NCBI GenBank assembly: GCA_002269645.1
Contig: NIVC01001007.1
Coordinates: 1-64,000, forward strand
DNA from: Macrostomum lignano
Lineage: Eukaryota
Direction of reading: 5' to 3'
Length of the DNA: 64,000 nt
Shown here: piece by piece, positions 11,509-23,709 of the stretch
Layout: every line of letters starts with the position of its first letter
Position numbering within the stretch: position 1 is the stretch's first letter
The notes under the pieces: generated by a model
What the model was told of the DNA's origin: nothing
Databases searched by the model: none
What the model saw: only the letters and a program-made list of their open reading frames with translations
Position numbers and translations under genes: made by a program

Positions 11509-12942
11509 ATGAGACGCCTGAGCACAGTCCAGGGCCAGCTGTTCACACTCATCAAGTTCATCTTCAAGAGACACTTGCCGCTCACTCTGGACACACCTGG
11601 ACTCAAGACCTACCATGCAAAGACTCTGCTATTCTTCCTGCTGGAGAAGCATGGCACAGATCCTGAAACTGAGGCTTGGCAGCCCCACAATCTGATCGAT
11701 CTGCTCAACGAGTCTCTCGACATGATGCTGAGCTTCATCGACTCGAGCAGCTCGCCCGATGAGTGCATGCCGCACTTCTTCATGCCTGACGCTCCGCTCT
11801 ACTTCAAGAACGCTGGAATCGGCGACGACTTCGACAACACGAAGGCGAGGGTTCGAGACCGACTTTGTGAGCTGAGAAGCGACATCGGCGGAGTGGTCGA
11901 GCAGCTAAGGAGACTCGTGAGACCTCTGCAGTCAGAGAAGTTCTACTTTCACCCGTTCACTCTGCTTCCTCTGACAGCGCCGCCTGCTGTAACGAAGATC
12001 ATGGAAGGAAGAGACAAGTTCGCAGACGTGTACAGTGTGGTGCACCAGTGTGTAAGCGATCTGCAGTCGGAATCGAGCGACAGAGACACCCTGATGAGGC
12101 AGCTCAGTCTCCTGCATCAGCAGCAGTGGTGCAAGTGCGCCGCCCTGTGCATGACCGCCATGACGCATTTGAAGTTCGGAAAATCTAAGGAGGCTGAGAG
12201 ACTCGCGATGGAGCTGCAGAGACATCAGGTAGAGTCAGGGTTGACGCCACAGGATATTCGCGACGAGGGCTGGGGAGACATAAAACTGCCGTCAGACTCA
12301 GACTGGGCGTGGAGGTTCTGCCTCCCCTGTGACTCTCCGCCTCGCTTCCCATTCCTTCCCGAGTTCACGCAGACTCTGTTCACAGCCAGACTGTCGCAGC
12401 CTCTCTCCTCCCACCTGTACGTGAACTTCCGCTGCCTGAGCTGGAGTCTCCAAGCTGAGCTGCTCTGCAATCGCGCACCTGCAATCGCATTCGATCATTG
12501 GATTGAACAGCTGCTTGAAGAGCTACTGGTAAGAGATAAAATTAAACTGGCAATTAAACTGGAGGATTGGAAGCGAGAGCTGGAAGAAGACCCGGACTTG
12601 GAGGAGCTGCTTACTCTGGCTCACTACAGTGACTGCCGCGAGCACGTGGAGCTCAGCCTGCAGCAGATGGAGATGATCGAGAAAGAGAGACGCGTCGCCA
12701 TGGAGACGCAGGACGAGGAGAAGATCGGCTGGGTCAGGCAGAAGCGGTGGCGAGTTTCGAACCGCAGTGGCAGCGACAGCGGCGCTCACCGCAGCAGGGA
12801 AGATGAGGAGCGGAGGCTGTGGGCGAGGGCGAGGCTGCGGCGAGAAGGGGCTGACTTGGGTCGTCTGGTTGCCATGGAAACTGCAGCGGAGCAGAGAGAC
12901 AGCTGGACTCTCGCCAAGCTCAGTCGGATGAGACTGCAGTGA
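11509..12942 (+). CDS. 5'-truncated Mab-21/cGLR paralog 2 (helical C-terminal half only; 477-aa open frame)
   Basis: Nearly identical to the last exons of paralogs 1 and 3 from IMRxLSTVQGQ onward. It lacks the ankyrin exon and the GS/DxD catalytic exon, and homology decays just upstream (~11475). It has a distinct C-terminus. Expression is unknown and it may be a pseudogene. Confidence 0.6.
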   Translation: MRRLSTVQGQLFTLIKFIFKRHLPLTLDTPGLKTYHAKTLLFFLLEKHGTDPETEAWQPHNLIDLLNESLDMMLSFIDSSSSPDECMPHFFMPDAPLYFKNAGIGDDFDNTKARVRDRLCELRSDIGGVVEQLRRLVRPLQSEKFYFHPFTLLPLTAPPAVTKIMEGRDKFADVYSVVHQCVSDLQSESSDRDTLMRQLSLLHQQQWCKCAALCMTAMTHLKFGKSKEAERLAMELQRHQVESGLTPQDIRDEGWGDIKLPSDSDWAWRFCLPCDSPPRFPFLPEFTQTLFTARLSQPLSSHLYVNFRCLSWSLQAELLCNRAPAIAFDHWIEQLLEELLVRDKIKLAIKLEDWKRELEEDPDLEELLTLAHYSDCREHVELSLQQMEMIEKERRVAMETQDEEKIGWVRQKRWRVSNRSGSDSGAHRSREDEERRLWARARLRREGADLGRLVAMETAAEQRDSWTLAKLSRMRLQ

Positions 12943-13383
12943 CCTGAGGACTTCGTTGCTCAGATTTTCAAGTTCTGCTGGACTGGAATTTGAGACAATA
13001 ACTGTGTACTTTTACTGCTTTGCTGTAAACTGTCTGTAGATTTCCCTTCCCTTCCAGCCATCGAGTGCGAGCAGCCCTCCCGCTATGAAGTGCAGTTTTG
13101 CACATTTGTGCTGCAATTCAATTCGCACTGCATGCTGAATTGCTTTTTCTGTTGAAACTGCGTGTCTGCTTTGATGCGGGCTTTTGTCTGCGAATTTGTT
13201 CTGCGGACTTCAATGCCCAATTGCCATTGCTTTTGGCAATAGATATATAGATATTTTATATGTACTTTTCATACTACTAATAATACTGTGCGTACATCCT
13301 CCCGGATTATTTAAGCACCTGCTCTGAGAATCAGTTCAATCAGTCTGCAAATTGATTTCATCATGTGTTCATGTACCCTGCAA

Positions 13384-14590
13384 TGACTGACAGCCTGACA
13401 GCTCCCTCATGAACATTCAGTGACTCAGTGACTGACAGCCTGACAGCTCCCTCATGAACAGTCAGTGACTGACAGCCTGACAGCTCCCTCATGAGCATTC
13501 AGTGACTGACAGCCTGACAGCTCCCTCATGAACATTCAGTGACTGACAGCCTGACAGCTCCCTCATGATCATTCAGTGACTGACAGCCTGACAGCTCCCT
13601 CATGAGCATTCAGTGACTGACAGACTGACAGCTCCCTCATGAGCATTCAGTGACTGACAGCCTGACAGCTCTCTCATGATCATTCAGTGACTGACAGACT
13701 GACAGCTCCCTCATGATCATTCAGTGACTGACAGCCTGACAGCTCCCTCATGATCATTCAGTGACTGACAGCCTGACAGCTGCCTCATGAACATTCAGTG
13801 ACTGACAGCCTGACAGCTCCCTCATGAACATTCAGTGACTGACAGCCTGACAGCTGCCTCATGAACATTCAGTGACTGACAGCCTGACAGCTCCCTCATG
13901 ATCATTCAGTGACTGACAGCCTGACAGCTGCCTCATGAACATTCAGTGACTGACAGCCTGACAGCTCCCTCATGAACATTCAGTGACTGACAGACTGACA
14001 GCTCCCTCATGATCATTCAGTGACTGACAGCCTGACAGCTCTCTCATGATCATTCAGTGACTGACAGACTGACAGCTCCCTCATGATCATTCAGTGACTG
14101 ACAGCCTGACAGCTCCCTCATGATCATTCAGTGACTGACAGCCTGACAGCTGCCTCATGATCATTCAGTGACTGACAGCCTGACAGCTCCCTCATGAACA
14201 TTCAGTGACTGACAGCCTGACAGCTCCCTCATGAGCATTCAGTGACTGACAGCCTGACAGCTCCCTCATGAACATTCAGTGACTGACAGCCTGACAGCTC
14301 CCTCATGAACATTCAGTGACTGACAGCCTGACAGCTCCCTCATGAGCATTCAGTGACTGACAGCCTGACAGCTCCCTCATGAACATTCAGTGACTGACAG
14401 CCTGACAGCTCCCTCATGATCATTCAGTGACTGACAGCCTGACAGCTCCCTCATGATCATTCAGTGACTGACAGCCTGACAGCTCCCTCATGATCATTCA
14501 GTGACTGACAGCCTGACAGCTCCCTCATGATCATTCAGTGACTGACAGCCTGACAGCTCCCTCATGATCATTCAGTGACTGACAGCCTGA
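13384..14590. repeat. 37-bp minisatellite, ~32 copies (same family as 8286-8799)
   Basis: Direct period count; AACATT/AGCATT/ATCATT variants. Both arrays are followed by ATCAGCTACA. Confidence 0.95.
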
Positions 14591-14927
14591 TTAGTATCAG
14601 CTACAATTCCGTTATTTTATCTAGTGCTATCTATCTGTTCATCTATCTAAATAAATCTATTTTTTCATATCGGTAAAAAATCTATAAATTCGTGCATGAA
14701 TATTTTGAATAACATTATGTTGCTCTTAGTACCACAAGTCTAAACACATTTTTTTGATGTTTTGGACATACGAAACAAATTTTAATAATTTAATTCTTAG
14801 CTTACTTAATTTACTTTATTAAGAGATAAAAAATTAGACTTCTAAAGGGTTTTACCTGCAAGATCCGTAATTTTAATCAACCTGCCCACCATCTGACGGC
14901 CGGCAGAGGAGCTCGGACTGCAGGACC

Positions 14928-15310
14928 GCCACTGACTCATTTGTATTGGCGCCACTGACTCATTTGTATTGGCGCCACTGACTCATTTGTATTGGCGCCA
15001 CTGACTCATCTGTATTGGCGCCACTGACTCATGTGTATTGGCGCCACTGACTCATCTGTATTGGCGCCACTGACTCATCTGTATTGGCGCCACTGACTCA
15101 TCTGTATTGGCGCCACTGACTCATCTGTATTGGCGCCACTGACTCATCTGTATTGGCGCCACTGACTCATCTGTATTGGCGCCACTGACTCACCTGTATT
15201 GGCGCCACTGACTCACCTGTATTGGCGCCACTGACTCATCTGTATTGGCGCCACTGACTCATCTGTATTGGCGCCACTGACTCATCTGTATTGGCGCCAC
15301 TGACTCATGT
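14928..15310. repeat. 23-bp minisatellite, ~16 copies (GCCACTGACTCATCTGTATTGGC)
   Basis: Direct period count. Confidence 0.95.
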
Positions 15311-15987
15311 TTGGAAAATACGTGCGTTCTGTCAGCTGCCTGCATCTGCTCAGACATAAACCAACCGAAATCCTTTGAGTACTCGACTCATTCAGAATTC
15401 TGAGCTCTCTTCACTTTGACGGATTCGAAACTCCGCCTGAACTCGTGTGGAAAAGTGCAGTCCCTGAAAACCATGGATCCCATTTTGTTTGGAGCCTCAG
15501 CAACTCCAGCATCATTTGAGAACCCACAGATTCGGCCAATTGAACAAATGCGAACCTTGAACAGAACTGAGCAGTGCACAGAAGTGAAAAAATATTCAAC
15601 ATATTTAAGCACTGAATAGTCGGAGATACTCATTAGATGCGAACTTATCTGGTTCTTCTGATCTGTCAATCACGCATTTAATTTTCACGCCACCTTAGAC
15701 GATTTCCGGACAAGTGCCTTAAAGAATGGTCCATGGTTGCAAATAGCGTTCGCACTCTCGTTGCACAAACAGGTGAGTTGGCAGTGTGAAATGAAAACAG
15801 CCCCAGTCTGGGGGTGCCGCAGCTTTCCTCGCGATAGCAACTGGTTAAATTCACCGGCTGTCGGTGCCTTTAATTTCTAGATCTCCTTGATACAGATTTA
15901 GCCTGAGAAAGTTGCATTTGGTGTCACCGCTGCTTTAGTACAGCAATAAGTACAGTTATTCGGGGACTGTGCTAATGCCATCATCGG

Positions 15988-16135
15988 GGACTCCTATTAA
16001 ACAGGGACTCCTATTAAACATGGACTCCTATTAAACATGGACTCCTATTAAACATGGACTCCTATTAAACATGGACTCCTATTAAACATGGACTCCTATT
16101 AAACATGGACTCCTATTAAACATGGACTCCTATTA
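15988..16135. repeat. 17-bp minisatellite, ~8 copies (GGACTCCTATTAAACAT)
   Basis: Direct period count. Confidence 0.95.
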
Positions 16136-16988
16136 TGGTGACAGTAATCAAAAATCCACCTTTGGTGTCAGCACAAAAATCGGTCTGTCAGAAACTGCAG
16201 TCAGAAATTTCTCCGGTCCGGTTTCACAGCTTTGCCAAAGTAACTTCCCAACCCTGTTAATTTAAACTAAACCAGATACCAAGTTTTGCTTTTAGCTTTT
16301 CTGAAAGTCGTGCAACAGGCTGCTGGGCATGGTGGGCGGCTGACAGATTTGGATTCTGGCTGGCTGCTTGCGTTTTTATCGATGGGTAATCTAGGGGTAT
16401 CTATGGCTAATCTAGGGGATATCTATGGAATCTAAGTGACAGGCCCGGTGGCAGCCCAGGACAGCAGCGGCATCGGCAGCCGTCCCCAGCAGCTGCAGCA
16501 GCGCATTGAAGGTCGCCAGAAGCCGTACCCGGTTCTGGCCAGCGATGGCAACAGCAAAATCGAATGGCCTCTCGATCTCCCTCCTTCCTCCCGTTTTTCC
16601 TTCTCTCTCTTCGTCGAGTTTGGGTTGAACCGTGATCTGTCACTCTGTGCTGGGACCTAAGCTCTGTGATCAGTGCTGTGACACTCCTTCCACCTCCCCT
16701 CTTTCTCCCTTCCCTCTCTTCTCCCTCCCACCCTCCTCTAATTTTAACTAATCTTTGTCTGATCATCGTCAAAAGCACAAAAAGTTCACGCTAATAATAC
16801 AAGTTGACGCTTCATCTGCCGTTAAAAACTATTTGGTAAATATAGATTTTCGGGACGAAATACTTAAGTGAAACCTCACGAGGACATGCTAGCTACAGTG
16901 CAGCTTGCACTTCTTGAAAAAATAATTATTTGTGCTTTAAAGCGAGTGATATACGAGTATAACATGTCCTATTAGTTGATTAGAAAAT

Positions 16989-17412
16989 TGAATGGATTGC
17001 TGAATGAGTGAACAGGTGATTGAGAAAGTGAATGGATTGCTGAATGAGTGAACAGGTGATTGAGAAAGTGAATGGATTGCTGAATGAGTGAACAGGTGAT
17101 TGAGAAAGTGAATGGATTGCTGAATGAGTGAACAGGTGATTGAGAAAGTGAATGGATTGCTGAATGAGTGAACAGGTGATTGAGAAAGTGAATGGATTGC
17201 TGAATGAGTGAACAGGTGATTGAGAAAGTGAATGGATTGCTGAATGAGTGAACGGTTGATTGAGAAAGTGAATGGATTGCTGAATGAGTGAACGGTTGAT
17301 TGAGAAAGTGAATGGATTGCTGAATGAGTGAACAGGTGATTGAGAAAGTGAATGCATTGCTGAATGAGTGAACGGGTCATTGAGAAAGTGAATGCATTGC
17401 TGAATGAGTGAA
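16989..17412. repeat. 40-bp minisatellite, ~10 copies (TGAATGAGTGAACAGGTGATTGAGAAAGTGAATGGATTGC)
   Basis: Direct period count. Confidence 0.95.
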
Positions 17413-18501
17413 AGAAATTGTTTATTGCTTGTTTATAGTTTATAGTTTATTGTTTGTAGTTATTAAGCATAACTAAACGATATACGAGCTAATATATGGT
17501 TTGGTATTGTCCTAGTATAATTTATAAGATTTCTAAGACTAAGAAGGATTTTAACAGAAGTATCTAAGAATTTTTATAATTTTAATGGCATTTTAAAAAG
17601 TCAACCAAAACGGTCTTTATATCCAAAACATCTCCATTCGCCTGAACCTCGGGCTCCAGCTTCTGTTGGTTGCGCGCCTTGCGCTTTCGTAGGCTGGCTT
17701 TTCCGTCTTTTGTTGCACAAGTTCGAGTTCAGAGCGGTTTCGTATCTAGAGATGGGACGAATATTCGGAATTATCGCAATTGACCCATATTCGGTTCGAA
17801 TCGGAATTGGAAAGTTGACAATCCTGAGGAAAACTCAGGATAATTGAGGAAAACTGAGGGTCAAACGGAGGAAAAGGAAAGACAAAAAATCTCCACCCCA
17901 ACCCACATCTCGCCGAATGACTCTGCCCAAAATCCTACTCTGAATCTCAAAAATGTCCACAGCGCATTCGTTTGCAATATTTCTGACAACATTTTCACCT
18001 ATGACATGTCCTGTGTATTCTCCTAATCACAAATTTCGCTCTTGCACTCCTTTAAGTGGTAGTTGTGTATTAGAGAATGGGGGTCAAAACAATGTATACA
18101 TACAATAACAGATGTGGAAAACATAAACAATACTCATAATTAAAATTATTTGATAAATCATTAAGCTTCTCAACGGCCGCTGTTGTGTGTAATGTTACAT
18201 TTTATAAAGGATAAGAAGAGGCTAGCTCGTAACAAAGAGTAGGAATAGAGACAGAGATTAGCAAAAAATATCAACTCGACTGATTCTAAAAATAGCACAG
18301 ACTCTGGCCTCCAAACCGGGCAATGAAGACCCATCCTTGAGCCGTACGCAGAGACCAAAAACTACAGGACCATTAGGCTTTGGCTGTTTCTTCTAGAGGA
18401 GGGTCCAATTTTGTTTCAATTTCAATCCTCAATGCGACAATCAGTGCCAGTGAGCTGAAATCGATGCAGAAGAAAGGGATCAGAAAGACTGCTGCAGACG
18501 G

Positions 18502-19913
18502 GCGGAGAGAAGCGCAGAGAAGCCGAGATTAGCGGAGAGAAGCGGAGATTAGCGGAGAGAAGCGGAGAGAAGCGGAGATTAGCGGAGAGAAGCGGAGAGA
18601 AGCGGAGAGAAGCGGAGATTAGCGGAGAGAAGCGGAGAGAAGCGGAGATTATCGGAGAGAAGCGGAGAGAAGCGGAGATTAGCGGAGAGAAGCGGAGAGA
18701 AGCGGAGATTATCGGAGAGAAGCGGAGAGAAGCGGAGATTAGCGGAGAGAAGCGGAGAGAAGCGGAGAGAAGCGGAGATTAGCGGAGAGAAGCGGAGAGA
18801 AGCGGAGATTATCGGAGAGAAGCGGAGAGAAGCGGAGATTAGCGGAGAGAAGCGGAGATTAGCGGAGATTATCGGAGAGAAGCGGAGAGAAGCGGAGATT
18901 ATCGGAGAGAAGCGGAGAGAAGCGGAGAGAAGCGGAGATTATCGGAGAGAAGCGGAGAGAAGCGGAGATTAGCGGAGAGAAGCGGAGATTAGCGGAGATT
19001 ATCGGAGAGAAGCGGAGAGAAGCGGAGATTATCGGAGAGAAGCGGAGAGAAGCGGAGAGAAGCGGAGAGAAGCGGAGAGAAGCGGAGAGAAGCGGAGAGA
19101 AGCGGAGATTATCGGAGAGAAGCGGAGAGAGGCGGAGAGAAGCGGAGATTATCGGAGAGAAGCGGAGAGAAGCGGAGATTAGCGGAGAGAAGCGGAGATT
19201 AGCGGAGATTATCGGAGAGAAGCGGAGAGAAGCGGAGAGAAGCGGAGATTATCGGAGAGAAGCGGAGAGAAGCGGAGATTATCGGAGAGAAGCGGAGAGA
19301 AGCGGAGATTATCGGAGAGAAGCGGAGAGAAGCGGAGAGAAGCGGAGATTATCGGAGAGAAGCGGAGAGAAGCGGAGAGAAGCGGAGATTATCGAAGAGA
19401 AGCGGAGAGAAGCGGAGATTATCGAAGAGAAGCGGAGAGAAGCGGAGATTATCGGAGAGAAGCGGAGAGAAGCGGAGAGAAGCGGAGATTATCGGAGAGA
19501 AGCGGAGAGAAGCGGAGATTATCGGAGAGAAGCGGAGAGAAGCGGAGAGAAGCGGAGATTATCGGAGAGAAGCGGAGAGAAGCGGAGATTATCGGAGAGA
19601 AGCGGAGAGAAGCGGAGATTATCGGAGAGAAGCGGAGAGAAGCGGAGAGAAGCGGAGAGAAGCGGAGAGAAGCGGAGAGAAGCGGAGAGAAGCGGAGAGA
19701 AGCGGAGAGAAGCGGAGAGAAGCGGAGAGAAGCGGAGAGAAGCGGAGAGAAGCGGAGAGAAGCGGAGAGAAGCGGAGAGAAGCGGAGATTATCGGAGAGA
19801 AGCGGAGAGAAGCGGAGAGAAGCGGAGAGAAGCGGAGAGAAGCGGAGATTATCGGTGAGAAGCGGAAAGAAGCGGAGAGAAGCGGAGAGAAGCGGAGAGA
19901 AGCGGAGAGAAGC
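18502..19913. repeat. 10-bp purine-rich satellite, ~140 copies (AGCGGAGAGA / AGCGGAGATT / ATCGGAGAGA)
   Basis: Exact 10-bp register across the block. Confidence 0.97.
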
Positions 19914-20541
19914 TTAAGGGGTGCGTAATGGTCAGGTCAGATGCCAGTACGATGAATGCCAGGAAACAAGTAGGTTGGATTAGTTTAGAAATTGATGCAC
20001 ATAAAATACATTAGAAGGCAAAGGTGCGAACCGGAACGAGAGGGGCACATGGCCGTCAGTTAATTCATATCAAACACAGAATGGATGAAATTCGAGGTTT
20101 GCAAAGATAAAGAGTTTGGTTTGGTTTGGTTTCAGCTAGGCGATAAAAAGGTGGAAAGTTGCTTGAACCCTGTGTTTCTGCGATTGTGGAGAAATCGATA
20201 ATAAAATGATTATAGTTTTGAACAACTCTGCATATTCACTCAGACACACAGGGAAGGTCTTGGAACAGATATATTCTCTTCATCTAAGAGACTCACCCGC
20301 CTCAGCTTATCCCAGCAGCTGAGGCTATCGATATATTTAGAACAAAGAGTCTGGCATGGAACAACTCTGCATATTCACTTTATTATCAATGTAATGGCAG
20401 GAATGCAATGGAAGGCAGGGTCCGTTCTCTATATTAATAGTCAATGCACTTAGTTGTATGATTTCAAATGCCCAAATCTATGTCATAATTTTGTAATTTT
20501 CAAGCGTGAATAAATATAAATGCATCTATGTTATGTAACGG

Positions 20542-20758
20542 CTCTCCCGCATCTCAGCTGCATCTCTATCTACTTCTCAGCCTCTCCCGCATCTCAGCTG
20601 CATCTCTATCTACTTCTTAGCCTCTCCCGAATCTCAGCTGCATCTCTATCTACTTCTTAGCCTCCCCCGCATCTCAGCTGCATCTCTATCTACTTCTTAG
20701 CCTCCCCCGCATCTCAGCTGCATCTCTATCTACTTCTCAGCCTGTCCCGCATCTCAGC
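20542..20758. repeat. 40-bp minisatellite, ~5 copies (CCTCTCCCGCATCTCAGCTGCATCTCTATCTACTTCTYAG)
   Basis: Direct period count. Confidence 0.9.
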
Positions 20759-21139
20759 AAACAAGCAGAGAGCAAAAGCTCAGTGTGTGGCAGGTGGGCG
20801 GGCGGTCAGCCCTGGCAACGCGGCAGACATGGAAGCAGCCAGAACAAAAAATGTTCTGCAACACAAATTTTCAAGGTCGAGTTTTAAAACATAATTTCTT
20901 TGAAAAAAATTTCTCTGGAATCAGCAGCAACTCCTGCTCAGAATCAAATGAAACTCATGTCAGCTTACCAAGCTATAAATGCTAAAATTTTGAGCGAACA
21001 GTCAGCCTCGTCCGCCTGGGCTTTTGACGCTTCCCGATCCCCGGTCAGCCGTTTCCCAATGTGCGCTTCGGCCACACTTCTGCTGCCAATGTGCAGCCAT
21101 TTTTTCTGCTGGTATGGATCTCTCCTGTTTCCTGTGCTC

Positions 21140-21437
21140 GCTCTGTCAGCTCTGGATTTTCTCTCCCAGGCTTCCTCCCAACCAGCGCTGGAACCTCTGT
21201 TGCAGCCGGCTCTGTCGGGTCTTTCTGCCCCTCTGCTGCCTCTTCCTTTTAATCTGAAGTATCGTGTTTGCTTGCTGCAGAGCTTGCTGTCTGCTTTTGC
21301 GAGTTCCGCCTTCTCTGCGAGTCTGCCTGCCGCTCAGCAGACTGGCGAGTTTCATCTCGGTGAGTCCTGCTCTGCATGCCTTGCTTCAGCCTGCTGAGCT
21401 GGCGTTGGAGTGAGCTGTCAATTACGGCTTGCGATTA
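21140..21437. repeat. Dispersed ~300-bp repeat, copy A (homologous to 27015-27314)
   Basis: Shared blocks include TTGCTGCAGAGC, CTGTCTGCTTTTGCGAGTTCCGCCTTCTCTGCG, CGGTGAGTCCTGCTCTGC and GGAGTGAGCTGTCAATT..GCTTGCGATTA, in the same orientation. Confidence 0.85.
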
Positions 21438-21453
21438 GGGCTCAATTAAGGCT

Positions 21454-22241
21454 GATCTGTCACTGGGCTGGGACCTGAGCACTGTGGCCTGTCACTCTGG
21501 GCTGGAACCTGAGCGCTGTGGCCTGTCACTCTGGGCTGGGACCTGAGCGCTGTGGCCTGTCACTCTGGGCTGGGACCTGAGCGCTGTGATCTGTCACTCT
21601 GGGCTGGGACCTGAGCGCTGTGATCTGTCACTCTGGGCTGGGACCTGAGCACTGTGGCCTGTCACTCTGGGCTGGAACCTGAGCGCTGTGGCCTGTCACT
21701 CTGGGCTGGGACCTGAGCGCTGTGGCCTGTCACTCTGGGCTGGGACCTGAGCGCTGTGGCCTGTCACTCTGGGCTGGGACCTGAGCGCTGTGATCTGTCA
21801 CTCTGGGCTGGGACCTGAGCGCTGTGGCCTGTCACTCTGGGCTGGGACCTGAGCGCTGTGGCCTGTCACTCTGGGCTGGGACCTGAGCGCTGTGGCCTGT
21901 CACTCTGGGCTGGGACCTGAGCACGGTGGCCTGTCACTCTGGGCTGGGACCTGAGCGCTGTGGCCTGTCACTCTGGGCTGGGACCTGAGCGCTGTGGCCT
22001 GTCACTCTGGGCTGGAACCTGAGCGCTGTGGCCTGTCACTCTGGGCTGGGACCTGAGCACTGTGGCCTGTCACTCTGGGCTGGGACCTGAGCGCAGTGGC
22101 CTGTCACTCTGGGCTGGGACCTGAGCGCAGTGGCCTGTCACTCTGGGCTGGGACCTGTGCACTGTGGCCTGTCACTCTGGGCTGGGACCTGAGCACTGTG
22201 GCCTGTCACTCTGGGCTGGGACCTGAGCGCTGTGGCCTGTC
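21454..22241. repeat. 34-bp minisatellite, ~23 copies (CTGTCACTCTGGGCTGGGACCTGAGCGCTGTGGC)
   Basis: Direct period count. Confidence 0.95.
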
Positions 22242-22864
22242 AAGCAAGAAACTCGCCTTCCTTTTTCGCCCTCACCTCTCTTAGCTCCTGGCCAGCTCAT
22301 TCGCTGGTTACAAGAATTACTTCTGATTGAGGCAGTGAGGATATTAAGAATTTAAAAACGAATAACTTGACCCACTGAAATTGAATCAAGTTCAAGTTTG
22401 TGAACTTCAAATACAGCGGCCTGTGAGTTTACATCACGTGATTGCATCATCAGGAAAAGTGAGTCGAATCCGCCGCCTCAGTTACTTGGCTCTCACCTTG
22501 GTAATCAAAGCAGACACAGAGCCATATTTTTTAAAATATTTCACACGGAGAAGCATTTTACTTTGCTCAGTGGGCCGTTAAATGCATTTAAAGATCTCAC
22601 ACTGCACTGAGGCACAATGGGTCAGCTCAGCCTCATCAAGTACAGCTTGGGGTGACCGCTGCAGCCGCAGCCTCTCCGTTGCCATGCTGGGTGCACAGAG
22701 GCGAAGGCGGCAGACTCAGCGCTCATGGTCAGGATAATGGGAAAGAAGTTTCGGCTGCTTAGGCCGGGAGTGGGAGTGGAGCCAGAGACTGCAAAAGGGA
22801 GGGCAGTTGGGAGATGAGGCGGTGAAATCTTTCTGGCAACCGGCTGCACAAACCTTTGAAACAC

Positions 22865-23709
22865 CTGCCACTCTGACAGCAGCATGACTGATATCTGCCA
22901 CTCTGACAGCAGCATGACTGATATCTGCCACTCTGACAGCAGCATGACTGATATCTGCTATCTGACAGCAGCATGACTGATATCTGCCACTCTGACAGCA
23001 GCATGACTGACATCTGCTATCTGACAGCAGCATGACTGACATCTGCTATCTGACAGCAGCATGACTGACATCTGCTATCCGACAGCAGCATGACTGACAT
23101 CTGCTATCTGACAGCAGCATGACTGACATCTGCTATCTGACAGCAGCATGACTGACATCTGCTATCTGACAGCAGCATGACTGACATCTGCCACTCTGAC
23201 AGCAGCATGACTGACATCTGCCACTCTGACAGCAGCATGACTGACATCTGCTATCTGACAGCAGCATGACTGACATCTGCTATCTGACAGCAGCATGACT
23301 GATATCTGCCACTCTGACAGCAGCATGACTGATATCTGCCACTCTGACAGCAGCATGACTGACATCTGCTATCTGACAGCAGCATGACTGACATCTGCTA
23401 TCTGACAGCAGCATGACTGACATCTGCCGCTCTGACAGCAGCATGACTGACATCTGCCACTCTGACAGCAGCATGACTGATATCTGCCACTCTGACAGCA
23501 GCATGACTGATATCTGCCACTCTGACAGCAGCATGACTGACATCTGCTATCTGACAGCAGCATGACTGACATCTGCCACTCTGACAGCAGCATGACTGAT
23601 ATCTGCCACTCTGACAGCAGCATGACTGATATCTGCCACTCTGACAGCAGCATGACTGACATCTGCTATCTGACAGCAGCATGACTGACATCTGCTATCT
23701 GACAGCAGC
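22865..23709. repeat. 30/29-bp minisatellite, ~28 copies (CTGACAGCAGCATGACTGAYATCTGCCACT / ...GCTAT)
   Basis: Two alternating length variants are visible. Confidence 0.95.

Noticed and set aside
15400-15770. PLD/Zucchini-like fragment on the minus strand (…KGGVKIKCVIDRSEE…)
   Set aside because: No HKD motif was found and there are several stops; the similarity is too weak without a profile search.
20220-20379. 21-bp direct repeat (GAACAACTCTGCATATTCACT) 139 bp apart
   Set aside because: It looks like a simple local duplication with no informative insert.
21146-21355. Possible conserved minus-strand peptide shared with 27.0-27.2 kb (RKSRQQALQQANTILQIKRK vs RKSRQEALQQVNTVLEMKRR)
   Set aside because: Substitutions show no synonymous bias and the frames diverge through indels, so it is treated as a non-coding dispersed repeat.
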